Shown here piece by piece: positions 1 through 13,600 of a stretch of 64,000 nt of DNA. The notes beneath the pieces were generated by a model. The model had not been told where the DNA came from, did no database searches, and saw only the letters and a program-made list of their open reading frames with translations. The stretch comes from Sphaerodactylus townsendi (taxonomy: Eukaryota). Position 1 is the first letter of the stretch, and every line of letters starts with the position of its first letter. The stretch spans positions 119,784,001 to 119,848,000 of the forward strand of contig NC_059428.1 in assembly GCF_021028975.2 (NCBI RefSeq). The letters are read 5' to 3'. The translations under genes were made by a program, and so were the position numbers.

Positions 1-335
1 CCTGTCCTCTTTTCTCAGCCTCCTTATACCCCAATCCTGGGGGGGGGGGGGGTTACTGTGCTTATTCTGTTCCTTCCCACCTTTGATGTTCAACCTAATA
101 CATTCAGAACCCTCTTGGGCTAAATCTGTCAGACAGAGGGTTGGGGGTACAGACCATCAAGCTTTATATCATATTATCTCTGCTTTAATGTCTTTTATGA
201 CTATTCACAAAGGGGCATAAAAGAGGAGTTCTGCCCTAAAGTTTGCTACAAAACTAGCCTTCCCTGTCCCAGGCCAATGAGATGGGGAGTGACTGCATGA
301 TACATGGGATTGTTGACTGTCTCTCTTAAAGTTGT

Positions 336-1287
336 TGTAGCAGATTCATCTCACCCCTTGTTATGGTCTCATTCCTTTTTTCTCTTTCAAAAGAAGATAA
401 CAAACAGATGGTCAGTGTGATGGATTAGGCTCTTATGGGGTTAATTTGCAAAGGTGCAGTTAGCCAGAGCAAAAGCACCACAGTAACAGATTAGCACAAC
501 CTGATCAGCTGGGCTGTAATGATATAGCTGGCAGCCACAGATAGGGTGCACTGTCTTCTATAAAAGCAGGAAGAAGCCTGTCAGAAGGTAGAGGGGGAAT
601 TGAGAGTCTGGAAAGCAGACTGTTGGTGTGACCGAAAGAGAACCCTGTGATTTCCTCAGAGTCAGTCTGAGATCTTGTCTAGTGGCAGTGAGAGACACAG
701 AGGGGAAGGCTAGGTGGTCAGATTCCTAACTGATCTCCAAGAGACTGAGAGGAAGAATCAGTGAACACCAGAGGCCAGAGGCCTAAGTTGGTGGGAGATG
801 AAATGGAAACCTATGATATGGAGACCCACCCCCCCAGCCAGTAAAATCCCTTTGGAGATAAGGGTGGGTGTTTAAGGAGTGGGTTCTGGACTGTGTGTGG
901 AAAGTTTACCTGAAAGTCTGTACTGAAAGGCATCTTACTGAAACTGCTTGCTCGGTAACCACTAAGTATCTGCCTAAAGTAACGCTTATGTGCCTCTCTG
1001 AACCATCATCCTAAGAGAAGTCTGTTAATAAAAATCCAGTTTTGGTGTTTTAAACTTTCAAGAGTCTCTCTATACATTTCATTTGGGTCAGTTTATGGTG
1101 GCAGCATTTGAAATCTATAGCTTAGTGTCCCCTGACAGGATTTTCTGTTTAAAAGATGTGTATGTGAGAGAGTTGAGGGGAGTGCCTTAGGCCAACAAAG
1201 TCAGCTACCCAAATACCCACCCTCAGCAACACACTTCACTCCCTTTTTGTGACCCCTGTCTTCCCTCAGGGAATGGGTGCTGTTACA
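336..1287 (+). mobile_element. Probable solo LTR
   Basis: Ends tgtagcag...ctgttaca form an imperfect TG..CA inverted repeat; internal TATAAAA (~559) and AATAAA (~1027); no clear TSD. Confidence 0.45.
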
Positions 1288-1772
1288 GTCAGCTTCCCAG
1301 ATACTTAAGATTCAGACACTTGGCTTGCCATGACATGGAGCATAGGCTTGTGGCTTTGGAGAATGAACTTTCCCTGGAGAGATCAATAGAAGTAATTGCA
1401 GCCTATTGATCCTATTAGAACTTTCCACAAGCCATCCTTTCCCCTGGCTCACAAGGTATTGACAACATATTTAAAGGATTTGTTAAGCATTTGTGGAACA
1501 ATGTGGGAGTGGTTCCATTTCTCACTAGCAAGGAGGCCATCAATTGCAGTGGTGAGTTATTGTTCTTTTGTTCTTTCAAACATTTAATGGTCACTTTTCT
1601 CTCTTGCAAAAAACTTACAAATAAAGCAATGATCAAAGTACAATAAAACAATATGAAGAAAACAGTTCTAAAATACATTCCTAAACAAAACTGTTTTCAC
1701 CTGCATCCTGAAGATTGGCAGGGAGCACTGTTCCACAATCTTTTCTTGCGTGCCCATTAGATGTGTTTCTGT

Positions 1773-1913
1773 GGCTCCTTCTGCACACACAAAATAATGT
1801 GTTTTCAAACCACTTTCACAACTGTTTGCAAGTGGATTTTGCTATTCCGCACAGCTTCAAAGAGCACTGAAAGCAGTTTGAAAGTGCATTATTCTGCATG
1901 TGCGGAACGAGCC
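1773..1913. mobile_element. PIF/Harbinger-type palindromic MITE (family A)
   Basis: TIRs ggctccttctgcac / gtgcggaacgagcc, 3-bp TSD tgt; homologous to copies at 47790, 51319 and 58553. Confidence 0.75.
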
Positions 1914-2515
1914 TGTGATTGGTGGCCCCAAAAAGGCTTATTTTGTTTTCCCACTGGTACACATGAAGCCTGCTGGCTGAGTTCTCTCAGAACTCTCTCA
2001 ACCCACCCCTTCCACCGGCCCCAAAAGCAAAGTTCACCAAGACTGGATGCTATTACCAGGAGGGCCTCCTGGAGCCACCTTGAAAGTCTGGTGCTTCTAT
2101 CCTCAAAAATGTGCAGCGTGCTCAGAAATTGTCCCTTGGGTACAATGGAGGCATTGCAGAGCACAGAATCTGCCAGGCTCTTCAGCAAATTCTATGGTGG
2201 GAAAATTAATTAACTTTTCTCACCATAGAATTCAGTGGGGCTTGCTGTTATGCCCAACTGGCTCTGTTCTGGAGATTTGGGAAGCTCTCTGGGAGGCCAT
2301 TGTTCTTGGTAGGGGTATCTAATTTCCTGAAGGGCTGCTGGTATGAGTCTCCTGAAAAGAACCAGCCAATTTTGCTAAAGTTTGCTTGGTGGGGCAAATG
2401 CTGCGGGCACCCAGTTGAAGGTGAACCTGATGCCCACAGAATGAGTGCCCAGCCATCCAAACTTTAGCATAGTTGGCTGGTTCTAAACAGCCCCCTCAAA
2501 ACAGAAGTCAGGGTC

Positions 2516-2583
2516 AGAAGACAGGGTCCCATCATCCCCTGTTTACCCAGAAGACAGGGTCCCATCATCCCCTGTTTACCCAG
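2516..2583. repeat. 33-bp tandem duplication
   Basis: cagaagacagggtcccatcatcccctgtttacc occurs twice. Confidence 0.9.
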
Positions 2584-3515
2584 TGGCTGTTTGCTTCGCA
2601 GTGGGATTTTCCCACCAATTTCTGTTTGCACATGGATTCTCATCATGCAAAGTGTCCCTAGGTGACCTAATTCTTCATTTTGCCTGCCCACATGACTTGT
2701 TGTTTTGACTGGCTCAGGGTCACCTAACAAGCTTCCATGGAAAAGCACAGACTACAGATTTAAACCTGGTTCTCCCAGATCCTAGGTTGGCACTCTAACC
2801 ACTACACAAGGGTAAGCCTACTGAACTAATTGTATGGTGGAACCCAGCTGCTGTGTTCTTTGAAAAAAAAATCAAGAAAAGTGAGTCCACAAAGGTCATC
2901 AAAATTTGGATATGTCAGTAAGGGAAGCCAATAGTACTCCTTTCCAGTGAGATATTGACATGTTTAATGAACTCAGGCTAGCAAAGAAAGTTCAGTGATT
3001 CAGTTGAACCCTATGCAATGATGATGAAAAATCTTTTCTTTTATGACCATAACATGAGTTAACTAATGATAATGATAAATCCATTTGAAATGTTTCAGAG
3101 CCTTTTAGGAATAATGTAATTCAAACTGACTATAGTTGAGCTTATTGTCTTGGCTTGCAGTGCACACTCTTTGGAATTCTTATTGAGTAACCAATAAACC
3201 TTGTACACCATGAACATGCCATTGAGTGTTGTAAAATATAAAGGATTTTCCCTCTCAGAGTGCTACTCATCTATGAACTCTACGTTACACTGTTCTGAGA
3301 GGCTCTAAGCACAGCTGGTATTCAGTAATAGGAGAGCAGCTTACCACGTATTAAGTGTGTGCAAAGAAATACCTTCAGAAATAAAGCTTGTTTATGAGCT
3401 CACAGTTGCTTCTGGATTACAGGTCAAATTAAACCTTTCCCCAAAGTTTCTGTTAGCCTTATGCAAAACATGAAGGTACAGATTTCATCATCTGGTCTGT
3501 TTTATTATCCTAAGG

Positions 3516-3606
3516 CATAGATGTCAAACTTGTGGCCCTCCAGATGTTATGGACTACATTTCCCATCATCCCCTGCCAGCATGGGGCAGCAAGTTTGACA
3601 CCTGTG
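3516..3606. mobile_element. hAT MITE
   Basis: TIRs catagatgtcaaac / gtttgacacctgtg; perfect 8-bp TSD tcctaagg. Confidence 0.8.
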
Positions 3607-3886
3607 TCCTAAGGGAACAGAAGTCCAAGAAAAGAAATATGTTTAAGGAGATACCTTTACCCATCTACTTCTATATACTTCTATATACTTCTATAGTTCA
3701 TCTCTGTTTCCCCCTCCCAGTTATTTAATGCAGCCTGGGCTATGCATTTTTCCTTTGAACTTTTTCACTCACAGTAGGTAAACATCTGCAGGATTACAGC
3801 TTGAGGCAAGATTTTAAAGACAGTGTAGATAACCCCTAGAATGGAATAAAATGGCATTAAAGCCAGTAACAGGGACCTCCCATAAA

Positions 3887-4078
3887 CAGTGGTGGGATCC
3901 AAAAATTTTAATAACAGGTTCCAATGGTGGTGGGATTCAAACAGTGGCGGCACCACACACACGCACCTCCAGTCCCTATTGGGCTGGGAGGTTGCTTTAG
4001 TAACCCCTTCTCGACACTCAGAAAGAAACAGTAACCACTTCTAGAGAAGTGGTGAGAACTGGTTGGATCCCACCTCTG
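3887..4078. mobile_element. hAT non-autonomous element (cagtggtgggat TIR family)
   Basis: TIRs cagtggtgggatcc / ggatcccacctctg; related sequence at 48960-49313 and 62626-62758. Confidence 0.7.
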
Positions 4079-4334
4079 CTTGGATCTTTTTGACATCACA
4101 TTAAAGTCCACAAGGCAAGGTAATATGTGTTCTTCCTGTGATGCTTTAGTAACATCAGGGAGGGAAGTGAAGAACAATTTACTAGCTGGCTAGCAACAGT
4201 GGAATAAGATCTTGCCAGATTTATTTGATCACAGGTTGGTTTCAGCCAAAGGATATGAGGCAGAGAGCTCTTATACTTCCACTCTCAGCTTGAGAATTGT
4301 AGCCCTAAGCAAGATGAAAGATTTGACAGATTGA

Positions 4335-4700
4335 TAAAGAGAAGAAGATGAAGATGATGAAGATGAAGATGAAGGAGGAAGAGGAGGAAGAGGAGGAAGA
4401 GGAGGAGGAGGGAAGCATGACCAAGAAGATGAAGGAAGACATGATGAAGAAAATGAAGAAGAAAAAGAAAAAAGGAGGAAGAGGAAAATATGAAGGGACA
4501 GATGAAGAAGATGATGACAAAAATGACAATGAAAAATTGTGACTAGACCTGTGACTAGACCAAGATCACCCAGCAGGCTTCCTGTGGAGGAGTGTGGAAA
4601 CAAACTCTGTTCACCAGATTAGATCTGCCACTCATGTGATGGGGAACCAAACCCAGTTCTCCAGATTAGAGGCTACTGATCTCAACCACTACACCACACT
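4335..4700 (-). mobile_element. Sauria-type SINE remnant with expanded GAA/GAG low-complexity tail
   Basis: tgtgactagaccaagatcacccagcaggctt...ctcaaccactacaccacact matches the SINE at 8830-9130; purine-rich simple repeat at 4335-4535. Confidence 0.6.
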
Positions 4701-5928
4701 GTGTCTGAAGATGATACTGGATGAGACAGGCAGCAATATATCTTGCGGCAAAATTGTTATCATTAATCCTTTCAACACTGGTATGAGAAAGATTGTGAAC
4801 CTTCCTACTGAACTTGGCTCCTTTGATATTATTTGAGTGGCTGCCATATTGCTAATATAATGTCAGAAAGGAGAATCACCGCTGCCAGCAACCCGCCTCC
4901 TCTGCCAGTGGGTTTATGAACATTCTCCATGCAAGGCAGATTATCTAAATACTGAAAGTTATGGCCATGGCATAGAGAGTCTGTTCTACGTCTGCTCTAT
5001 GTCCAGAAGTGATCTTGGCCTGAAACTTTATCATCTAGATTGGGCCAAAGTTGCCTAAAGTGATTGTAGAATCTCTTTTATCTGACAGGCTGCAGATGTT
5101 CCTGCTTTACATTACTATGCACAATTCAGCTTTGGAATATTTAGAAAACAAACATCCAAGCTGAGTATAAAGATTATAGTTGGGGCAAAATATATGAATA
5201 TGATGAAAGAGAAATGATGGCAAGAGAAATGTCTAAAGCAGTTCCATGGGTTGGGCATATAATATTTTATATTTGAAGTAGGAGAGTGAACTTTACAAAG
5301 CAATTCAAGGGAAAATGTTTTCCTAATGCAATTCTGTGATGTTCTAATTATCTTAATGTGGTAGGTGATGGTTCATTTATGTGTCTAATCCCTGAGTTCT
5401 CCTTTGTGGACTGGTATTACCTCTTCCTATTCAATGGCATGCTTTCAGGGTTCAGAACAAAGATAACTATTCAGCTCACTAAATGGAAAACTGTGGTTAT
5501 TAAATATCCTCACATTCTTATGGCTTCAACTCATTTTAAATGGTGCTCTCTTTTTATACCATCAGGACTTTCATCGTTCAAAATGAGCTTGTTGCTCATT
5601 TGAAGCCCACTCAGCAAAACCAGATGAATGCTGCAACCTTCCCCCTTGTTTTCTGGTATAGTACATTAGCAAAGAAAAAAGAAAAAAACAACAACAAGCT
5701 GCAAGCCATTTAAACCTCTATTCAAATGTAGAACAATGGGAAGTAACTACAGCCCATTCTTGCTTATGAGATCTGACAGATAATGAAGACTGGGGCTAGC
5801 AGTGCTCCAAGACTTTCACTACATCTGGAAAGTTAATATCTTGTAACTTCTCTAAATCTTGAGAGATAGACACAATACACAGCTTTACCATCTGCTTTCC
5901 TTTTGTTGGCAATGGAATGGGAGACTAA

Positions 5929-6388
5929 CAGTCCAATCCAGATTGGGGGGGGGGGGAGAATGGGCTGTGGGATTGGCACTGGGCTGTGCCAATGCATTTT
6001 CCCCCTCCGCTGGCTCAAGGTGTATCCCGCCATCAGAGAGGGCAAAAGTGTCGGTGGCCAGGCACTCCTCAGCTCAGCAGTGCTGCAACTTGGTAGTGGA
6101 AGCTAACACAAAACAACACGGGCGTCCAACTGGGGGATGGGATGGGGTATTCCTAGGCCTGGAGCCAACTTTAGTTGTCTTCTGCACAGGCTTTAGGGCT
6201 GGGAACACCACAGCTGGGACTTGGGATTTACACTACCCTTTTGGGTGAAGTAACTCCATTAAGCTCCATGAAGGGCTTCCAAATAGCTGGGGGGTTTTAG
6301 CTACCTTTCCCCACTGCCTGGAAGCCCTCTGGCATAACAGAATGGCAGTGGCACCATCCCCAGTCGCCTCTGGCTTTGGATTGGGCTG
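5929..6388. mobile_element. Non-autonomous Tc1/mariner-like element
   Basis: TIRs cagtccaatcc / ggattgggctg, followed by TA. Confidence 0.55.
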
Positions 6389-6509
6389 TATATATTTAAT
6401 CTTATTTAGATGTTGCCCATATGGATCTTTATCGTGAATAAGTTCAGCAGATGAGCATGTTGTCTCTGAACCAAACCTCTGATCTGAAGGACTGTTTCTT
6501 TCATACGCA

Positions 6510-6860
6510 CTGATGTGCCAATTATGGTCTTCAGACAGACACTGGTTAGCTATCCCACCACTTAGGGTGGCTCACCTGGCATTGACCAGAGTCCAGGTCT
6601 TATTCATTGTGGCTCGTATTCTGTGGAATGGCCTCCCCAAAGAGGTGATCTCCCCTTGGCAACCGGCAAGAAGAGCTGCTAGGCCTGTCCGTTTGCCAGG
6701 GCTTTTTGGGGTGTGGGGTTGAACTGCAGACATCTTTTTAGGGCAGGGAGAAAGGAAGAGAGAGATCTGGAATTTATTTTATTTTAACCAAAAACTGTTA
6801 TTGTAAGCCGCCATGAACCACAAGGAAAGGTGGGATATAAATATTTAATCAATCAATCTG
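6510..6860 (+). mobile_element. L2-like LINE 3' fragment and tail
   Basis: Resembles the 3' end of the L2 at 41750-42000 (..ttcattgtggctcgtattctgtggaatggcctccc..). Confidence 0.5.
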
Positions 6861-8139
6861 TTAAAACCATTCCCCATGAACCACTGTTGAACTGCTGTGC
6901 AATCACACAGCATCTGGAGTGTTTATTTAATTTACTGCTGCCTTGCAAGCCATTTTTTGGCATCTGCACAATAGGTGAAATTGATTCTGTCTCAGATTTA
7001 TGGGGAGTCAAGTCAGGTAATGAGCAGTTCAATCTTTTGCAGAGTTACTCCAGTCTAAGCCCATTGACTTCCACAACCTCAGCCTGGATTAATTCTACAT
7101 AGAATTGTTTTGTAAATGAAGCATGTAGGTGGTAGTGTAATAAGCCTGTACAAAAGCCTGCAGGCATACCATAAAGTTGATGGACAGCCAACAGCAAGAC
7201 TATGACCATTGGTGCACATACTGCTGTGACACAGCTGGGAGCTTCACTCTGGGGTTTTCCCTGTGGCTTCCTATACTTAAAGGAACCTCCCACTGCAAAG
7301 TTTCCTCCTTTTTGGCCACCAGTTGCTTCTTCTTCTCATCTAAGTGTGACCTCCCTGTAGGGGAGGTCACACTTTTTGGAGGGAAGGGGAGGTTGGTCCA
7401 GCAAAAATACAATAGATTTCACTTGTCTATTGCATTTTCAAAAGGACAGCAGCCTGAAAAACAACAGATTTGTTGGGCCTGCAGAGCTTTTGAATGAGTG
7501 GGGGAAGGTAGGGAAGGACAACAAAACCATGAAAAAGAATTATGCTTCCTGTTTAGCAGTTTAGCTTCATGGGGGAAAACAAAGTGGCATTTTGCCAGTA
7601 TTCAGTGTTCAGATACTGCACAGCTTCTCTGTCTACACCTCTGTGCAGGCTGCGCCGTCTTCCCCACCCCTACCAGGACCATCCGTGCGAACGTTTATGC
7701 CGACACACCCCTGCAGCATGGTCGTGAGGAAATGGTCTAAAATTAGAGTCATGGCTGAATTCTGGTTTTCCAAACTAACCATGGGTAGCAGAAAGAGATG
7801 GGCATTGGCCCTGTATTGCTGCTTCCTGGGTTAGATATAAGGACAATGGCACTGGGTGACCACAGGCAGGGTGGTGTCCATCTCCCAAGCCAGAACCCAA
7901 TAAAGTCTCCAGAGAAAAGTGGTAAGAGACGAAAATGCACAGAGAGGGGGAGGACACATCTCTCCAGTGGGCCAGGAGCCAGCCCCACTAACCTCCAAAA
8001 GACAGAGGCATTAGGCTTTGGCACAAGTCCTTTGGGCACAGAGGAAGAGCAGCAGCATCAACCAAACACCTGCTTGAAGATTCCTGCAGCTAACAAAGAC
8101 TAGCTTAGATAAAGATGATTGTTGGTGCACAACGAGAAC

Positions 8140-8615
8140 ACACAAAATGAGTTTGCCCCATTTTATTTCCCTCAACCTGGGATTTTTGAAAAACGCTAAA
8201 CCAGCAATTATTTTGCAAAATCCTGGATTGGATTTCCCACCCTTCCATTATGCTGTCCAAAGTCCGGGAGAATCTGCCTGCCATTGCCCTGCCATTGCTG
8301 GGAAGCCCCCTTTTCTTTCTTTTAATTTTTTTGCATGTTATGCATGTGCAGCTACACAGGTGCAGGCAATTATGTTGTGGGTGATCAGCATGGCTGTGGG
8401 GGTTCATTTCTCTATGTTTGTGCAGCTACACCTGTATTGCAGTAAATAATTTTTTTAAAGCATCTCCATGTGAAGACGCAAAAGCAATCCCAATTGTTTC
8501 CATGGGTTCCAATTGCTGCCTGCATGGCATACATATGAACAGGGAAAAGGAAAACTGTTTTTTTTTAAAAAAAAATGACTGCAACCCATTATATATTTGC
8601 TGTGCAGAACTGACC
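8140..8615. mobile_element. Harbinger-type non-autonomous element (family B), left end decayed
   Basis: Homologous to 63550-64000; right TIR gtgcagaactgacc matches the left TIR ggtcgattctgcac at 63469. Confidence 0.7.
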
Positions 8616-8829
8616 AATGTGCTACAGCCCCCTCCACTTCAATCAGACCACCATACACTCAGCATCTTCATCATCAGTAATTTGACTTTCCCACCCCTGT
8701 CAGTCCACCAGTTTCTTTCACAAACATAAAATAGCATATTCTTTCAATAAGTTTGAATTTGTGTTGATTACCCTAGCAATGAAAATGTTGCCTTCTCCGA
8801 TTTCCACGAAGCTTTATCCCAACTAATGA

Positions 8830-9130
8830 AAGAAGAAGAAGAGTTTGGATTTATATTCCCCTTTTCTCTCCTGTAGGAGACTCAAAGGGGTTTACAATCT
8901 CCTTGCCCTTCCCCCCTCAAAACAAACACCCTGTGAGGTAGGTGGGGCTGAGAGAGCTCCGAGAAGCTGTGACTAGCCCAAGGTCACCCAAGTGGCATGT
9001 GTGGGAATGTACAGGCTAATCTGAATTCCCCAGATAAGCCTCCACAGCTCAGGCGGCAGAGCGGAGAATCAAACCCAGTTCCTCCAGATTAGATACACAA
9101 GCTCTTAATCTCCTACGCCTCTGCTGCTCC
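8830..9130 (-). mobile_element. Sauria/Squam-type SINE
   Basis: Characteristic aagaagaagagtttggatttata...gtgactagcccaaggtcaccca body; reverse complement of the copy at 45016. Confidence 0.85.
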
Positions 9131-10142
9131 TTTCATTGATTACTCTACTGTTTCAATCTGGCAGCCCTAGTGCTCAAAGCAATGAACTGGCTCACTGCCA
9201 AATGATTAATCTTTTTAAAAATGAGAATATTAATCAGTGGCCATTCTCCCTCCCCCTCCCCCTCCCACCTTACACAAACTTCAAACATCCCCATGTAAAA
9301 TACAGGTTTCAATACATTCGGAGCGATCTTGTGTATGCTAAGTTTAAGGCAGATTTGCATTGCTGCAGACTGCGAATAAATCCAGTGCCATTTGCCACTC
9401 TTTGTCTGTAATGTATTTTGTCATTTCTACAATTCACGTTTTATGATGGAGGTCACCAGCAGATGTTTGTGGACTGTTTTATTTCCCACTTATCTCTGAT
9501 GCACTACAAAGAGATTGCTTCCAGCTTCAAGGAAAATGAACCATTTCCGCATTTCATCTCTTTGGCAAGTGTTCTTAAAGCACAATGAAACAATCTAAGA
9601 AAACCCATGGTGTAATTCAAATTGACTGGGGAGTTGCTTTTCACAGTGCACCATTTTTTAAGGATATGTTTGTAAGTCTCAGGGTATGAAGAGAAAATCT
9701 GCTAGCTTATAATAGGCGTTGAAGTTGCATTCTGAATATAAATTATGTATTTTGTTCTTAGAAAAGCTGTCTTAAAAGGGCTCAGATTTGGCTTGATCAG
9801 GCCCTCTAATTCCAAATCCCATTAAACACAACATAAGGATAGAAGGTAATAGATTGGATAGATAGATGCTAAATAAACGGTAGCTAGATAAATGTTCAGT
9901 AAATGATAGACAGATAAATGCTGAATAAGTGATAGATAAATGACAGATAAATATTCATACTGGGAGTAATTGTGAGCATTAAAATACTGGAAAATGATTG
10001 TGGCAGACATTTCAGCCAATATAGCCAGTTTTAAAATCACTTCTATACCAGATTTGATAGAGATAAAACATGTTGTCAGTATTCCCTGTCTTGGGTGCTG
10101 TGTGGTTTCCGGGCTGTATGGCCGTGTTCTAGCAGCATTCTC

Positions 10143-10185
10143 TCCTGACGTTTCGCCTGCATCTGTGGCTGGCATCTTCAGAGGA
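10143..10185 (-). ncRNA. Minimal type I hammerhead ribozyme in Penelope pLTR
   Basis: Minus strand reads TCCT-CTGAAGA-TGCC..GGC-GAAA-CG-TC-AGGA: CUGANGA and GAAA cores, stem I tcct/agga, stem II gcc/ggc, GUC cleavage triplet. Confidence 0.85.
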
Positions 10186-10366
10186 TCTGTGTGGTTTCCG
10201 GGCTGTGAGTAACAAAGAAGGCAACCAGGTCAATAGTTGAGGGCATCTGAAAAGAAGTATGAGTAACAATGAAGACTATAGCCTGGGAGTAACCCTGTAG
10301 ATAGCAAGGTCACTGGTGGGAGCATCTGAATAGAAGTATCCTGGCCTTTGTTTCTTTTGTCTATGG

Positions 10367-10653
10367 TCATCCTGTGTTTGTGTGGAGCTGGTTAGACACT
10401 GTCTTGACTCTAGTATTTTTCAACACTGGCAGCCAAGTTCTGTTCATTTTCATAGTTTCTTCCTTCCTGTTAAAATTGTCCATGTGCTTATGGATTTCAA
10501 TTGCTTCTCTGTGTAGTCTGACGTAGTGGCTTTCAGAGTGGTCCAGAATTTCTGTTTTTTCAAATAATATTCTATGTCCAGGTTGGTTTATCATGTGTTC
10601 TGCTATTGCTGATTTTTCTGGCTGAAATAGTCTGCAGTGCCTTTCGTGTTCTC
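10367..10653 (-). pseudogene. Penelope GIY-YIG endonuclease, C-terminal part (5'-truncated ORF)
   Basis: EHERHCRLFQPEKSAIAEHMINQPGHRILFEKTEIL...RLHREAIEIHKHMDNFNRKE matches PLE endonuclease motifs (EH..SAIAEH..REAIEI..N). Confidence 0.88.
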
Positions 10654-13600
10654 TTTTGGCCACCAGTTGCTTCTTCTTACCTCATCCTAGAAGTGTGACC
10701 TCCCTGTAGGAGGTCAGCACTTTCGGAAGGAAGGGAGGTTGGTCCAACAAAAATACAATAGATTTCCCTTGTCTATTGCATTTTCGAAAAAGGACAGCAG
10801 CCTGAAAAATAGCAACAAGATTTTGTTTTGGGCCTGCAGAGCTTTTTTGGAATGGAGTGGGGAAGGTAGAGGCTAGAAGGACAACAAAACCATGAGAAAA
10901 AGAATTATGCTCTGTTTACGCCAGTTTAGCTTCATAGGGGAAAACAAAGGTGGCATTTTGCCAGTATTACAGAAGTGTTCAGATACCTGCACAGGCTTCT
11001 CTGTCTACACCCTCTGTGCAGGCTCAGCCGTCTCTCCCCACCCCTACCAGGATACCATCCCGGTCGCGAGCGCGCGTTTACCGGACATACACCCTGCAGC
11101 ATGGTCATTGAGGAAATGGTCTACAAAATTAGAAGTCATGGCTGAATTCTGGTTTTCCAAACTAACCATGGGTAGCAGAAAGAGAGATGGGCATTGGCCT
11201 GTATTGCTGCCTTTCCTGGGTTGGGCCTATCGCAAGGACCAATGGCACTTGGGGTGACCCACTGCAAAAGGCAGGGTGGTGTCCATCTCCCAAGCCAGAA
11301 CCCAATAAAGTCTCCAGGAGAAAAGAGTGGTAAAGAAGTGACGAAATGCACAGAGAGGAGGGGGAGGACACATCTCTCCAGTGTGGGCGGTGAATGCCAG
11401 CCCCCACTAACCTCTCAAAGACAGAGGCATTAGGCTTTTGGCACAAAGTCAGCCTTTGGGCACAGAGGGAAGAGCAGCAGCATCAAACTCAAAACACCTG
11501 CTTGAGAGATTCCTGCAGCTAACAAGAGACTAGCTTAGATAAAGATGATTGTTGGTGCGAGGTACAAAGCTTGAGGGAACACACAAAATGGAAGTTTGCC
11601 CCACTTTTATTTCCCATTTCAACCTAGGATTTTTGAAAAACGCTAAAACCAGCAATTTATTTTGCAAAGGAATCCTGGATTGGATTTCCCACCCTTCCAT
11701 TATGCTGTCCAAAGATCTGGGAAGAATCTGCCTGCCATTTAGCTCCTTGCCATTGCTGCTGGGAAGCCCCTTTTCTTTCTTTTAATTTTTTTTTGCATGT
11801 TATGGTGCATGGTGCAGCTACACAGGAATTGCGAGCCAATTATGTTGTGGAGTACGATCCAGCATTGGCTGTAAGGGGGTTCCCATTTCCTCTATGTTTG
11901 TGCCGAAGCTCGCACACTTGTATTGCTGTAGTAAATAAAGATTTTTTAAAGACATCTCCATGTTTTAGCTGAAGACTTAAAAGCAATCCCAAATTGCTTT
12001 CCACATGGGTTCCCGAATTGCTGCCGCTCGCATGGCATACATATGAACAGAGGGGAAAAGGAAAACTGGTTTTTTTTAAAAAAAAATGACTGCAACCCAT
12101 TATATATTTGCTGTGTGCAAGAACTGACGAAGGCAATGTGCTACCTACAGCCCTCCAGCTCTCAATCAGAGACAACCACCATACACTCAGCATCTTCATC
12201 ATCCAGTGAATTTGACTTTTCGCCACCCCCTGTTGTCAGTCCACCGGTTCTTTTCACAACGCCGCCATAAAACTGGCATATTCTTTTCAATAATGGTTTG
12301 AATTTGGTGTTGATTATTCCCTAGCAATGAATTAAATGTATTTGCCTCTCCTCGATTTCCACGTAAGCTTTATCCCAAGTAACTAGGCTGGAAAGAAGGA
12401 AGAAGGAAGAGTTTGGATTTATGATTCCCCTTTTCTCTCCTGTAAGAAGACTCAAAGGGGTTACAATCTCCTTGCCCTTCCCCCCTCACAAAAACAAACA
12501 CTGCCTGTGAAGTGGGTGGGGGGCTAGAGAGAGGCTCGAGAAGCTGTGACTAGCCCAAGGTCACCCAGAGTGGCATGTGTGGGAATGCAGAGGCTAATCT
12601 GAGATTCCCCCAGATGAAGCCTGCCTCCCACAGCTCAGAGGATGACAGGTGAGCTGAGGAATCAAACCCCAGTTCCCTCCCAAGATTAGATACACAAGCT
12701 CTTAATCTCCTCACGCCTCTTGCTGCATCCTTTCATTGATTACTCCTTACTGTTTCAATCTGGCAGCCCCTGAGTGCTCAAGCAAGCAATGAACTGGCTC
12801 ACTGCTTTCTTAAAAATGATTAATCTTTTTTAAAATGAGAATATTAATCAGTGGCCCATTCTCCTCCTCCCCTCCCCCCCTCCACCTTACACAAACTTCA
12901 AAACATCCCCATGTAAAAAAATACAAGGGGTTTCAAGCTACGATTCGGGCACGATCTTGTTGTAATGCTAAGTTTAAAGGCAGATTTGCATTGCTGCAGA
13001 CTCTGGGAGATAAATCCAGTGCCATTTGCCACTTTCCCCTTTTGTCTGTAATGTATTTTGTCATTTCTACAATTCACGTTTTATGATGGGAGGTCACCAG
13101 CTTGAATGCTTTGTGAGGACTGTTTTTATTTCCCACTTATCTTCTGATGCACTACAAAGAGATTGCTTCCAGCTTCTGCAGGAAATGAAGCCATTTCCGC
13201 ATTTCATCCTCTTTGGCAAGTGTTTGTACGCTTTCGAAAGCACTGAAAGTAATGGGAAACAATCTAAGAAAACCCATGGTGTAATTCAAATTGACTGGGG
13301 AGTTGCTTTTCACAGTGCACCATTTTTTAAGGATATGTTTGTAAGTCTCAGGGTATGAAGAGAAAATCTGCTAGCTTATATAATAGAAGCGTTGTTGAAG
13401 TTGCATTATGAATATAAATTATGTATTTTGTTCTTAGAAAAGCTGTCTTAAAAGGGCTCAGATTTGGCTTGATCAGGCCCTCTAATTCCAAATCCCATTA
13501 AACACAACATAAGGATAGAAGGTAATAAGATTGGATAGATTAGATGCCTTCAAAATAAACGGTAGCTAAGATAAAATGTTCAGTAAATGATAGACAGATA

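Larger units (their letters stand above)
7310..10186 (+). repeat. Duplicated segment, copy 1 (clean)
   Basis: Colinear with 10654-13882. Confidence 0.95.
10093..10653 (-). mobile_element. Penelope-like retroelement fragment (endonuclease C-terminus, 3' UTR, partial pLTR)
   Basis: Encodes a PLE GIY-YIG C-terminal half; pLTR with hammerhead motif at 10143-10185. Confidence 0.9.

Noticed and set aside
4271-4603. Glu/Lys-rich and Ser/Pro-rich ORFs
   Set aside because: Translations of a GAA/GAG simple repeat forming a SINE tail
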